64,000 nt of DNA from Eledone cirrhosa (GCA_964016885.1 OZ024745.1:64046001-64110000), one strand, 5' to 3'; positions 11,690 through 26,399 are shown, counted from the stretch's first letter. Notes: generated from the sequence alone by a model not told the origin. Numbers and translations: made by a program.

Positions 11690-11960
11690 GCCATTCAATC
11701 GTAATATATTTGCGATTTATCTGATTTTAAAATGTATAGTCAAATAGATTCTGACTAACTCTACTGCTTCATTTTTAGAGAGGTTTGGGTTGTATGAAAT
11801 TGTCTTTATGTCCATTTAATGTTATGTAAGGTTTTCATGGAGTAAGACTTTCTACACTCTCCTTTATGTTTAACTCTGTTGCTAGGTTCTTCAGTTTGTT
11901 GTTTAATATATAGGTGTTGGAATTATTTTAGTGTATGTTGGTATTATATTATTTTATAGT
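11690..11960 (-). pseudogene. Old PLE remnant (N-terminal RT region)
   Basis: LATELNIKESVESLTP*KPYITLNGHKDNF resembles TSDLNILDRTEPLDPISPHFTLKDHKSNF in 61367..63169; may belong with 8850-9020, split by the CRE insertion. Confidence 0.55.
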
Positions 11961-12002
11961 AATCCGGTGTGTATGGTGTGTCTAGTTACATGCAAACACA
12001 TA

Positions 12003-12063
<61 letters not shown>

Positions 12064-12728
12064 AGTGAAAGTTATAAGTCAAGTTTACTAATTGGTAATT
12101 AGTAAACTCATTGACTCTCCCCTCTTTTATAGTAAATATTTTCCACATATTTGAATAGCCCTCGAGTGTGAGCATTACAATATCAGTATGATTTTCATGT
12201 TTTAGTTAGTGGTAACATATTTAATGTAGCAGACATCAAAAAGTATAATTAGAAATAACTAACAATATTTTAATTACTTCAGTAAGTACGAGAGGCAAGC
12301 TCCCTCCTCAGCAAAGCTACACTTCCCCGTATTTACCTATGTGCTCGTGGGGGGATCAGAAACTATATATACATTATTGTACATGTGTATATGCAAACAA
12401 GTAGCAACATTAGAATATACAAATCACGGGATGTAATCACAGAGATACATTCAGAATTAAACTTCACTCTTTCTATAAATATTTCTCTACGATGTGATCG
12501 ATTTCATCAGATTACCATGTTCAATACAAATTGCGTAAAGATGAAGATTGAAACGTTTTATGAGGTTAAAATTATTTCGGGGTTCATAAAATCTCAATCA
12601 GAATTAATACTTTGAAAGAAAACAGTATCAAATATATTATATTTTCTCATTAACCATATGTAAATTCACGCATGGTCATACTTTCCTAGCACATGACAAC
12701 AAATTAAATTCTTGTAATAATAATAATG

Positions 12729-12785
<57 letters not shown>

Positions 12786-13966
12786 ATTTAATTGACAAAA
12801 ATGCTAAGCGTAATATGTCTATGTTTTATAATCAAAATAAAAATTAAATTATTCGAACATAGCTCTTCATTAGTAAAGCCGTTTCTCAATCTTCCTTGAC
12901 AAATTAGCTAGTTCAAAGTAAACTGTTCCACCCAATATAAATATAACTCTTTATTCTTTTAAGTTTACTAAACCAATTTCAGGTCAAATAATGTTTTGCT
13001 GCTTTTTTTCTGGTGTAGTAGAAGAAATTTATATTGATTTAAATGAATACAGATACATTAGAAGCTAAATCACATCTCATATGCTCTTTAGAACCATAAC
13101 TTCTAGCACCGCGGGTAAACCTTTCAAAATACTCGAATATTATCTTTAGTAGCGTAGCGATCTTACATCTCAAATGTAAGATTCACTTGAATAGACACAG
13201 AAATAAACACGTTCAATCATTCTCCCTAATGAAGCACTTGAATGAACTGGTCATGCAGTTATTTTCCGATCAGTTTCTGAAACCTCGACGACTTCTCCGC
13301 CTTTGAATTGTCCTCGTCTATACCACTCCTACCTAAAGCCCACTCAATGCATTTACCCGTAATCAATATGCTTCTTTGTCTTATCTCTTAATATTGTTTC
13401 TACATTCTTCATCACCAGAATCGAAACTCTTTGAAAATATTGACTATACTAAACTCACTATTCTGTTTTCCTTATATTGGGCGTGCTTTGCATGACTTTT
13501 AGGGTTAATGAGTAATAAAAAAAAAAAAGCGAATATCGGATTCTTAGAGTTTCTCCTTAAAGGAAAAAAAAACAAATATTAAATTACCAAATCAATCGTT
13601 GCCACGGTGTGTTTTTGTAATCAATAGATTTCACTATCACAAAATTATGATGGGATAACAAAAAGCTTTTGAATAATAACTTAATGGTTTCAGACTATAC
13701 GCACGTTTCGTTTGACTTCCACATTGTTTCACCAACAAACTTTGATTGTGTGGGAGGATTCTTACTTTATATCCACCATAGACACTGAACTTACAAAAAG
13801 AAAAGAAAGATTTTAGAAACCGGGTGTTTTTCAGTAACGATATAATAAATATATTGTTTAAATCATGATAACATCCCTTTCGCTTATTCAGTTTATTTAT
13901 TTACATAAGTTAGTATGTGTGGGAGTTTGATTTTCAAAGAATATTTATTTCAACTTTAATGTAATT

Positions 13967-14813
13967 ATAAAGATCAGATTTCAAACTTCAAAATTACGTT
14001 GGAATACAACCTGTAACAAGGTTACTTGTATATTTTGAAAATTAACTTCCACGCGGCTTCAATTTGATACAAAGGAATATTTATATCACAGTTAATAGGC
14101 AATCATATATGATCAAATCTGCATTTCATACATATTGCATGTGATGTGATGAAATCTTGTATCAATAGAACTCTTGAATAATTTCTTGGCAAGACCGTTC
14201 TGATAATTAAAAAAATGGTGCAAACTGGCACCGGTTGTTTAATAAATTACATCTGTTAGTAGATTACTGTTGTAAGCAATAAAACTACGAAAAATAGCGT
14301 AGGCTGTGATGTATTTATGAAGCAATATTTTCTGTCCGTATCATGATTTATATTTTTGTAAGCAATAAAACTACAAAAAATAGCGTAGGCTGTGATGTAT
14401 TTATGAAGCAATATTTTCTGTCCGTATCATGATTTATATTTTTCCTTGCATTTCATATATCCTTGTGAAATGAATTTCACAATCCACATATTCTTGTGAA
14501 ACAAGGATAACAGTAATCTACTAACAGATGTAATTTATTAAACAACCGGTGCCAGTTTGCACCATCTTTTTTATTATCAGAACGGTTTTGCCAAGAAATT
14601 ATTCAAGAGTTCTATTGATACAAGATTTCATCACATCACATGCAATATGTATGAAATGCAGATTTGATCATATATGATTGCCTATTAACTGTGATATAAA
14701 TATTCCTTTGTATCAAATTGAAGCCGCGTGGAAGTTAATTTTCAAAATATACAAGTAACCTTGTTACAGGTTGTATTCCAACGTAATTTTGAAGTTTGAA
14801 ATCTGATCTTTAT
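13967..14813. repeat. Long inverted repeat (305-bp arms) with internal 86-bp tandem duplication
   Basis: 13967-14271 is the reverse complement of 14509-14813 with few mismatches; 14271-14356 is duplicated at 14357-14442. Confidence 0.92.
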
Positions 14814-14814
14814 T

Positions 14815-16056
14815 ATGATGCCCTCGACCCTTACGCCCGAGGCCTCTTTTTTTCGGCCAGCCTCACCGCTCTCAGGAAGAGAGAGGGTGGCATACGCCCC
14901 AGTGCTGTGGGCAATGTCTTCCGGAGGCTGGCTGCCAAGGTGATCTGCAGTCCGTCACACACGAACTGGGTGAGGAGTTTAGTCCGGTGCAACTGGGTGT
15001 CGGCGTGTCCGGCGGCTGTGGGGGGGCCGCTCATGCAACCAGTCAGTTCTTCAGCAGCTGCCCATCGGTACCGGCATCTAGGGACTCCAGGCACCTCATT
15101 GTCAAGCTTGACATGAGGAATGCCTTCAACTCTTTACGCCGGGATCATCTGCTCGAGGCCTGCCCCAGCCGAGCTCCCTCTGCCTACCCGCTGTCCTACC
15201 TGTCATATGGAGCCCCTAGCTGCTGATATGGTCATACCCTCGGCTACTGGGGTCCAACAGCGCGAACCTTTGGGACCCCTCCTGTTCGCCCTTGGTATTG
15301 ACCACATCGCCCGGAGTATCACGGCCCCTCTCAACGTTTGGTATCTGGATGATGCTACGTTGGGCGGGCCCGTACGGACGGTCTGTCAAGACCTACAATC
15401 GGTGGTTCCTGCCCTGGCGAGAATCGGCCTCCAGGTCAACTCGGCCAAGTCGGAGGTGGTGAACGTCAACCTCGATGATGCTGTGAGCTTTGCAGCCTCC
15501 GTCTTGGACGTGCGGTCTATTCTCCGCCAGGTTCAGGTGACCCCCAAAGAGGATGTCCTCATCCTCGGGTCACCGATCCACCCGCCGGCCATCCGCTTGA
15601 CCATCAGGTCCAGGCTTCAACAGCTCCAGACTCTCACGAGCCGACTGGGCTTGATTGACGGCCACCCAGCTCTCTTTCTGCTAAGGAACTGCTTCGCCAT
15701 GCCGAAACTCCTCTATACACTCCGCAGCGCTCTATGATACACCAGACATCTCTCCTCGCTGACCTCGATACTTGTATCCGAGCAGCAGCTGAGGGGATAT
15801 GCAACGTCAAGTTTGACGACATAGGGTGGCAACAGGCCACTTTACCGGTCAGGTATGGCGGTGTCCTCGGTGTCCTCGGCCCCAGGGCTACCTCCTTACT
15901 CACCACTATAGGCGCTGAGCTGGCCAGCCGCAGGTGTCAGCCCCGCGAGTAGGAGTGGCCAGCGCGTCTCCCTTACCTTCTCCATTCTGTCCGCCGGGGC
16001 AGTGGGTGGGCCCTATCGCGTACCAATACAATAGTTAAATACCATTCTTTCATCTG
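14815..16056 (+). mobile_element. Second CRE-clade copy, internally deleted
   Basis: Highly similar to 9631-11662; jumps near 15861 from PVRYGG to GVLGPRATSLL, losing most of the REL domain; shares the 3' UTR. Confidence 0.88.
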
Positions 16057-16153
16057 ATATATCTCTAAATTGTATTTTGTACTATTGTTTACGTATTAAT
16101 GAAAATCTAAATTAGGACAATATCTTCTATACACAATCATACACACCCGTGTA

Positions 16154-16200
<47 letters not shown>

Positions 16201-16205
<5 letters not shown>

Positions 16206-17603
16206 TAACAGATTAATGATTAAGTAAAGAATCGCTGCTTTCACCCTTAACGGGATCTTCTTCTGAAACTAAAAAAAATCAATCTGTGAACGCAGAAGTA
16301 AATATTTCGAAAAACTTTGCAGCCGAATGAAAAACAGGAAGACGATACTTTAGTTCGTGAAGACGTTCCCTGGCAATGAACGGGAAAAGAGCGAAGATAA
16401 TACGTCATTATGTGAAACCTGGAGAACAATTACACGCAAAGACAAAACCACGTTTATGGTATAAATGAAGTCGTAGACTAATATTCTATTTAGGAAACCG
16501 AATGATACTCGGCTTCAGAGTTAAGAATAATGTAAATAAATTAGTAGAACGAAAACGACAGAGGTTATTGAGATCAACAATAATTAAATATATATATACA
16601 TACGCGCATCCATATACGTACATACGCGAAAACACCCACTATGCATGCATATACAAGCACGTACACATAAACACGCGCGCACATACATAAACCCGCGCGA
16701 CACCTGTACCCGCACACATACGAACGTATACACCAAATACACATAAAAAAATATATGTCTGTGTGCGTGTGTGTATACATATAATTATATAAAAGTATAG
16801 AAATATACACACATAAATATGTATATAACGCACGCACACACATACCTACATGTAAATGGTTTAGGCCGTGCCTGTATATGTTCACTAAACGTACATCAAC
16901 CAAAACACAAAGTACACATATACATACACCTTACATACGTACAAACACGCATACACACACAAACACAAAATACGCATATACACATAACCATATACACATG
17001 TACCAGTATATATAATATAATATATACACCTATAACAAATACAAGCAAATATACGTACGAGAAAGTATACGTACCTTCATAAAACGTACGGGTAAGGTAT
17101 AATTACCTATACAAATAAGTAATGGTATAAACATAAAATATACTTAGCTACCACATTAAGACGTAAATTATCCGCATATAGTTCGTACTATCCATTAGAG
17201 TATAATGTGGGACTGTAATACAGGAAAGTTTTATGCAATTTATGTTTACAAGCCAAAATTGCCTCAGATTTTTTGTTTAAGATGTGGTCATTGGCGTAGA
17301 GTATTTCCAGGGCTTCAGCAGCGCAAATATCGCATGGTTTTTTATTTCCGTTATACGATCTAGTCTTAGCTAGGATCTCCCACTGTAACCTATATTGGGT
17401 GTGGTTGTCTTTTAGACTCCAGATATTAGCTGAAAGTGACGTCATATTCCTTCTTAAAGGGTTAAGAAAAGAATGGGTCTGCATGTAAAGACGCTGCTTG
17501 AATCTATTGGCGATTAACCCTATGTAGGCCCTACGGGACGTGGGTGTTTCGACCTTACATTTGAAGACAATGTTACTGGAGAGGCATTATTATTATTATT
17601 ACT
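16201..17603 (-). mobile_element. 3' fragment of the PLE family at 60364-63296
   Basis: ORF 17188..17484 matches the C-terminus of 61367..63169; homologous 3' UTR; (TA)n on both sides. Confidence 0.9.
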
Positions 17604-17927
17604 ATATATATATATATCACATATCCTAAGGTCTCGAATAATCGTCCCCTCCGCTTATTAATTGTTCAGATTTTTCCCACTCCCTCGCCCCTCCCCGCTC
17701 TTATTCCATTTTCCTAATATAATTCCGGCGAAATTTAATTTTAAGTGGTAGCATTACTGCAACAATTAATTTTCTTTAAACATTAAAGAGATTATACATG
17801 ACAAAAAAAATGACATTACTAGTAATAACTTACGTTATAAAATAAAGAGGATGGGATGAGGTCTCAATAAGTAAGCTAAGCGACTAATTCCGGTTTTTTT
17901 TTAAATCAACAGAGATAACCGAGAAAT

Positions 17928-18110
17928 ATTCCTTTGGTCTTCTGCCGGCTGGTTTTGCCCGTAAGACATGTCCAGCGATATTTCCTGAGACATTCTAACC
18001 ACATGTCCATAATATCGGAGCTGTGATCTCTCAATTCGTAGAAGGAGCGGCTCTACCTGGAGTTTCTCTTTGATATCAGAGCTACGGACTCTATCGAGTA
18101 ACGTTAAAGC
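17928..18110 (-). pseudogene. RTE-clade LINE fragment
   Basis: Nucleotide similarity to 26570-26745 (ttcctgagacattctaaccacatg...gagctgtgatctctcaattc). Confidence 0.8.
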
Positions 18111-18111
18111 T

Positions 18112-20318
18112 TGTTGTCACCATACCCCCTGACCTCCCCCTCTCCGCACGTGAGCGCTCACTCCTTAGTAGAGGCCTTCGCTTCATACCCCACACTCCGC
18201 ACAGCCACGAGTTCCGCACCCGAACGAAAATCGAGCGATTCGTGCGGCGTACGAAGCTACAGGCACATTTCGGCCGAACGCCACCGGCTCCGGACGCCCC
18301 AGGCCCGTTTCTCGCCCTGGGCCGACGACCATCTTCTTGGACGCCGGCCCCAGGGCAATTTAGCACCCTGGACGCGTTCGTCGATGCCAGCCGTAGCGCA
18401 GTAAATTGTTTCGACTTCCGCCACCGTTCCAAACGGTATAATATCTCACGGGGCGAACTCCTCGCTCTCCGCTCCCTCCGTAGCCGAGATGACATCGTCA
18501 TCAAACCGGCGGACAAGGGAGGCGCCGTGGTGGTGTGGCGCGCGGATCTCTACACGGCCGAAGCCTTCAGGCAGCTCTATAACCCCCTCTTCTACCGCCC
18601 TCTACCCTCCGATCCCACACCCCTCTACCAACAACAAGTTTCCTCCACCATCTAAGACCTTGTCGCCTCCTCCCACTCCCACCTCCACCGCTTCCCACCT
18701 CATCGTCCGCACCCCCCGCACCCCCACCATCTACTTCCTCCCCAAACTCCACAAACCCGACAACCCCGGCCGTCCCATCGTCTCCGCTTGCAACTGCCCC
18801 ACCGAACTCATCTCCGCCTTTCTCGTCTCCATCCTCGCCCCCCTCTTGTCACCACCCTCCCTTCCCACATCTCCGACATCAACCACGCCCTGCGCCTTTT
18901 CGACTCCTTCACCTACCCACCCGGCCCACAGCCCTTCCTCTTCACCCTAGACATCAAGTCCCTCTATACCGTCATCCCCCACGCCGCGCCGACGGCCTTC
19001 GCGCCCTCAAACACTACCTCGACCTTCGCCCCTCCCCCATTCCCTCCACCCCCACTCTCCTTCGCCTCGCCGAGCTGGTCCTCACCCTCAATTGTTTCTC
19101 CTTCTCGGGTGAGTTTTACCAACAGGTCACAGGGGTAGCCATGAGTACAAGAATGGGCCCGAACTATGCCAACCTTTTTGTTGGCCATGTTGAGGCCCAA
19201 ATCTTTGCCCAGTACACTGGCCCCACGCCCAAACTGTACGGTCGTTACATTGACGACTGTATCGGAGCCACGACCCTCACCCGAGAACAGCTCGACTCCT
19301 TTCTCTCCTTCTTCTGCTCCTTCCACCCCTCCATCCACTTCACCACCTCTATCTCCACCACCCACGTCCACTTCTTAGACATCTCCGTCGCCTTCGACCC
19401 CTCCCACCACTCCCTCGTCACCTCCGCCTTCTTCAAACCCACCGACTCCCACTCTTACCTCGACTTCACCTCTTCCCACCCCACCCACACTAAACACTCC
19501 ATTCCCTACTCCCAACTCCTCAGGATCCGCCGCCTCTGTAGCCGAGATGCTGACTTCGAGTCCCAGGCCCTTTCCCTAGTCAGCCATTTCATCCGCAGAG
19601 GTTCCCCCCCCCCCTCTCTCGTCCACACCGCTCTCACCCGCGCCCGTGCTGTCCACCGCTCCACCACCCTCACCCCACGCCACCGCACACCCACCCACCG
19701 TCTCCCCTTCCCCATCACCTACCACCCCTCCACCTTACCCCTCCACCGCACCATCCGCCGCCTCTTCCGACGCCTCCAGTCCGACCCCTCCACCTCCCAC
19801 ATCTTCCCAACCCCACCACTCCCCTCCTTCAAACGCGCACGCAATCTCCGCACCCTCCTCGTCCACAGCTCCCTACCCCCCAACCCACGCTCCCCCCCCC
19901 CGGTTCCTTTCCATGTTCTAGGCCCCGCTGCAACACCTGTCCCCACATCACCAACACCACCACCTTCCAGGGTCCCAACGGCCACTCTCTCTCTGTCCGG
20001 CATGCCTTCCGCTGCACCTCCTCCAATCTAGTCTACGGACTTCGCTGCACGGAGTGCAGCGCGACTTACGTCGGACAGACGGGACGTCGCCTGGCGGACC
20101 GATTCACTGAGCACCTCCGGGATATTCGTCTCGGTGGGAGTTCCCCCATCGCCCGCCACTTTGGTGCCCCTGGACATTCCGCACGCCATCTCACAGTCTG
20201 TGGCCTACTCCAATGCCACGGAACACCCGCCAATCTCCTCAGAGTCGAACAAAGAACCATCTTCATCTTACAGACCCACACTCCCCCCGGCCTGAACTCC
20301 CCACCCTTATTCCTTTAG
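18112..20318 (+). pseudogene. PLE RT, Cys linker and GIY-YIG, with frameshifts and a stop
   Basis: LLSRGLRFIPT, KPADKGGAVVVW, PGRPIVS, LDIKSLYT, YGRYIDD, KPTDSHSYLDFTSSHP..SIPYSQLLRIRRLCS, NLVYGLRCTECSATYVGQTGRRLADRFTEH. Confidence 0.9.
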
Positions 20319-21808
20319 CCTTCGACCCCCCCCCTCCCCCCACACATATCCCCCACTAACACCACTAACACACCCCTCCTTTTCACCGCCCACCCCACAA
20401 CTAACAATACTAACACCTCCACTCCACCCCTCATCCGATCACCCTTCCCCAACTAACATACTAACATCTCTCCCTTCTTCTCCTCCCCCCTCCTTATCAC
20501 ACGCACACACCCACCGGCACATATATACACGTGCTCACACTAAACACACACCCTACTACCACCACTAACCCTCACCCCACACCTCCATCCCACCACCCCG
20601 CAACTAACATCACTAACACCCCCTGACCCCAAGCACACGAACACACGCACCCACTTACACCACCCACCCTACACGCAACTAACATCACTAACACCCCCCC
20701 CCCCCCCCCAACCCCACGCACACGTACCCACACACCCTCGTACACCACCAACTCTACACACCCTACCACCACTAACCCTCACTCACACCTGCATTCAACC
20801 CTTTCCCCACCTCCCGTATACTAACACCCACTAACACCCCCTTCATCAAACTACACACATACCAGTACACCACACTCCCTCCATCGACCCCCACACCCTT
20901 CTCTCCCCGCTCCACCCACACCCTTTCTCCACACTCACTCATCCCACTAACACCTCTACTAATACACACACACACCCTCCTCACTCCAACTTTCACACCT
21001 ACCCATCCTCGCCCCTTTACCATTCCACCCGACTGCTGCTATGCCCTCTGACCACCTCCCAGCACAAACAGACACACAGCACTCCCACCGCCTTGCCCAC
21101 TTCTTGTTGCGCGCGCACCCCACATCTCTCCTCTTCCGACCATCTCTTCATGGAATACTCGTATGTGGAACTTGACCACCGTGGAATCTACTAACATCAT
21201 AGGAGTTTACCAACATTTCAACCACATCCTCTTACGGAATCACCTATATAACTCACCCACACACACACCCAAAAAAAATTTTTTCTCCCACACGCTACCT
21301 ACACCCACAACACGCTTAAACCCCACATACAGGTTCTTTCCACCACATATTTACACCTTCAGCCTCCGGATTCCTCTCCCCCACCCCTCTATCCACACAC
21401 GCACAGACACTCCGACCTACACCCCACCCCACACACACCTCTTCCTGAACATGCAACCCCGTTCTTCCCCCAACCCTTGCTTTCACATACACACACACGT
21501 ACACCTACACACACACACCACCTTCAGCCCTCCCCGCTCGGACACCCCGTTTCCCTCTCCCCACTCCACCTGCCACCACCCCTGCACACCCCACACCCTT
21601 CCACCACCTGTTTTACCCCTTTTTAATTTCAGTTTATTTTGATCATGCTTTTATATTTATTTTTATTTCATTTCATTTTATTTTGATCATGCTTTATTTT
21701 TATTTTTATTTTTAATTTCATTCGCACCGTTTCCTCCCACCCCTTTTCGCTATATGTCTCTCCACCACTCCCCTACACACCCTTTGAACTCTCTTCCCAC
21801 GCACTTCT

Positions 21809-21843
21809 CACCTGAGGAAGGGCTTATGCCCGAAACGTCGTTC
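21809..21843 (+). ncRNA. Minimal type I hammerhead motif
   Basis: CTGAGGA-a-gggc(ttat)gccc-GAAA-cg-TC; sister copy at 63549-63580 (minus) has CTGAAGA; stem I very short. Confidence 0.7.
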
Positions 21844-21928
21844 CCCACCACCACCCCACTCTCCAGAGCGTGAAATTAATAAACATTCGTTGTACTGCCT
21901 CTCTGTTTTGTTCCTGTTCAAATTTTCC

Positions 21929-22006
<78 letters not shown>

Positions 22007-22159
22007 CGCAGTGTATCCCCGGCATTCGCGCCACCGGTTGGACGCGAAATTTTCCTTAGGACCTAACTAATAATATCCGTGGAAACCATCGCGATTATTT
22101 TATGGCTCTTTTTGTAGCAATATATATATTTTTAACGCTAAATTATTGATAACAATATA

Positions 22160-22329
22160 CGGTGGATTGGCAGTATCGGTAGAGGGATAGACGCCATGCT
22201 TTCTAGCATAGTTACGTCCCTTTACGGTCTGAGTTCAAATCCCGCCGAGGTTAACTTAGCCTTTCATCCTTACGGGGTCGATAAAATAAAGTACGAGTAA
22301 TGCTGGCCTTGTGCCAAAAGTAGAAACAA
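22160..22329 (+). mobile_element. tRNA-derived SINE
   Basis: A-box-like tggcagtatcgg, B-box gagttcaaatcc, core gcctttcatccttacggggtcgataaaat (resembles the MetaSINE domain), tail gctggccttgtgccaaaagtagaaaca; about ten or more copies in the window. Confidence 0.85.
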
Positions 22330-23645
22330 TATACCATATTTGTCGGCCTATTGGCATAAGACGCTCCATATTTTTTTATTATATGTTGACGTTTATAGGC
22401 ATTTTCATGGACCACGTTTAATATTTGCGGTTTTTCACTCTATCGGAGGACAACTGTATATATAAAGGTGTGTGTGTACTTCCATGCTTACATGTATACA
22501 TACAAATGTATGTGTGTTTGTATAATTATGTGTTTAATAGTGCATGAATGTTTGTTTTTCAGTAAGAATATGTACGAATAGATTTGAGGTTGTGTTATTA
22601 ATTATCAGCAATCCATTAATATTTTTGTCCTATAGGTGGGAAACTTAGTGCATCACTAAATATGGTTTCACTCTAGTCACTATCGTGCAAGTTTGAACTT
22701 GAAACGTCAATGAGGTTATCGTTCTTAGTGTGATAATCATGGTCACTACACTCTCAGTTCTCTACAAAGCAGAACAACATTTAGTGATCCGTGGCATAAG
22801 TACATCAGGGATCAAAATCTATTAAAGGTTTTTAACACAGTGTGGGGATAAATTTTTGCTGCTGAGAATTGTTTGCGAATGATCAAAAGTTTCAAACAAT
22901 TGTTACACAAGTGCCACACTTCATGAAGTGGCCGGACAGCTTGCTACGTACTGTGTCTACGATATGGTTCTATTGTAAAAAGGGATAATTATTAATAAAC
23001 TAGGAAATAATATGCAGATTCGTTATGGCTATCTCTATAAAATTATCCACAACGTCGCAAAAATAGGTTCCAAATCAACTCACGGAATAAATCCCCAAAA
23101 TTCTATTGATAGAAAGCAATAAATTTTATTTATATAAAGCAATAAGTAAATGAAGAATGGAGGAAAAAGAAATGAAATAAAAGAAAACAACTAAAGGAAG
23201 GGAAAGGGTTAGAGAGGGATCAACAAACAATACACCCCAGTCTGAGCGGTGTCTCTCAACTACATCCTGCGGATAAAATTGAGAAATCATTGCAAAGGAG
23301 ACGGCCAGTGACACATGCTACAACAATCACTTTGTTTCACGAGTCTTCTTCCTTAGATGGGCTGCACTTTTTTCGATTTTGTGAAGGAAAATGGTAGTTT
23401 GAGGACCTAAGACACCTGAAATCTCGATGGCAACCAGTATGAAAAGGAAGCAGTCTGTCAAACCCCTCTGCACCGCTATCGATAGTGCCTAGAGGCGGAG
23501 AACGAGTCACAAGATTGTACAAACAAAATCGGTTTGAAATCTATTATAGTGGCGAGGTGAAAACTTCTTGGGAAACATTGTCAGTGACAAGGATGTTTAT
23601 GAGTAGATTACATCCTCGTGAATATTTATGTATATTTATATATAG

Positions 23646-24300
<655 letters not shown>

Positions 24301-26399
24301 GAGCGTGTGAATGTATATTTTAATGGGGTCATTGCGCACCTCTGTCAAAAATGGATCAACAATATTTTCTATTTCCCAATATCTATTTATATCATTATAT
24401 TTTTATATGGAATGACACACATAAACGCACGTACAAAAACACGCACATACATGCACTCACAAACAAACAAACACACACACACATAGAACCATTTCCCATA
24501 TGTATCTATCCATCCCTGTGTAAGCGTATGCATTCTTGTATTTTTTAGTGACAAGTTGTTAAGAATTTTGCTCCATGATGAGGTAGTAGGTTCTAAACCA
24601 CAGTGTACAGTTTGGGAAAGATTTTGAGTTGTCTCAAGCCTAGGAGTGAAATTGAGTAGGTTGCAACCGTGTGAAAGTCTATCGAATCGATTGTAACTAC
24701 ATTTTAAAGGTTTGTCAAATTTTATTACACTTATTCTGCCACTGCATTACGTTAAGAATCCGTGTTTGTGGAATACTCTCCCATACACTAGTAAATTACA
24801 ATGAGAATACTTGCGGAACAAATCGACTGGTTAAGCCTCCGCAAATCGGAGGCAGGCACATTCCATTAGGAAGCGAGAACCAAACCTAAGGCGACGCAGT
24901 GATCTGGATTCATGGAAGCACCTGTAGACATACTCCAACGAGTAATGCATTTTCCAGACAAAACGTCCGATTCTGAAGAAGGATGTTTGATCAAAAAGCG
25001 CTCATTATCAACTAATCTATACAAGACGCCCTGACTGCAACCCATTCGAGAAACCATTGCTTGCTAGAAAGCATAGTGTGATTCCCAGTGAAGTGTAAGC
25101 AGATTATATAAGGAGTCGTAATTTTTTTTTAATTGCATCGAGATTTTCGAACGGCTACCTCGTAAATATTCGTTTAGAGCTGTCCAGGTTTATACAACAC
25201 TCCAGATAGACGAAATAACTACATCAGATAATTAAAATTACAAATCAATAGTAATATTTACATTAACGATAAATGTAAATCAAAAAAGCATTTCTTCAAG
25301 AAAAATATTTCTGCAGATATAAAAGACGAATTAGATGATGGTTGACAAAGTTAGTATTTAAGTTTCCAATGAAAAGAAATCAGAAATATATTTTTGTAAA
25401 ATCAAAAATTTGAAGAAGATGCATTTCCTACACTCTTTCTCTCCCCCCCCCCCCCTCTTTCTCCATCTCTCGCTTCCGCCTTCCCCCCTTTCATTATGTG
25501 GTTTTGAAGTCTTTAACCAGTCTCCTATTAACATTGTTTACAAAACGTAAATGGATTTCGCAAAGCATAAAATTCGATTAGAGGGAAATGTACCAGCTTT
25601 GAGGAAAGGAAAGCTCACAGAGAGGTTCATAAACACCAGATACTATTACGTAGATACGAGAATTTGCCCAAAGACAGCTTATGAATGTTTAGCTACAAAT
25701 GAACTACACAAGATACAAACAAATATATACACCAGAGAAACGAATTAAGACGTGAAGTATCAATATTCTTACAAAAGAAGTCATAGGTACATTAGTGATA
25801 TGCACAACCTGAAATTAATGAATAACCAAGAATAGATATAAAGACAAGTAAACCATTAACACCATTTAGTGTGTACCAACGAAAAATGGACATAGAAAAA
25901 AATGAGTGCATTTATGAAAAACACATAAATCTAGAGTCTTCTGCAAGTAGAAATCTATATAAGAAAACAAAATTAGACATGGCAAGCATATAAAAATACA
26001 TAAATAATAAAAATAAAAACAAGCTATTAACAATAAATTTAAAATATTAACATAAAACTATACAAATATCTAAGGTTGTCGGCGTGCATAGAGCAGAGGC
26101 GAATACAGCATAAACTTACAAAGTGGATAAAAACTAAATAAAAATTGAAACAATTTTTAAATATTTTAACATGAAAATGCTATATTATAGAATTTCTAAA
26201 AGCAAAAGCCAGTACACAACAATGCCGGCTAAAAAAGAATGATACAAAACAATTTCAAAACAAAATTTGACTCGGACAGAGTGGGGAGATTCTGGGGTTC
26301 AAACATGAATCGTTCTGAATTCGGTTTAAAGCTGTCGTGTAGAAAATATCAAAGGCTTATAATGAGGAATATAAAACGTATGATTGATATTACGAGGTC

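Larger units (their letters stand above)
18111..21930 (+). mobile_element. Penelope-like element (Neptune-like motifs) with long C/A-rich 3' UTR ending in (TA)n
   Basis: Broken ORF 18112-20318, hammerhead at 21809-21843, (TA)n from 21930. Confidence 0.9.

Noticed and set aside
22160-22240. tRNA gene
   Set aside because: A/B boxes belong to a multi-copy SINE head; no intact cloverleaf.
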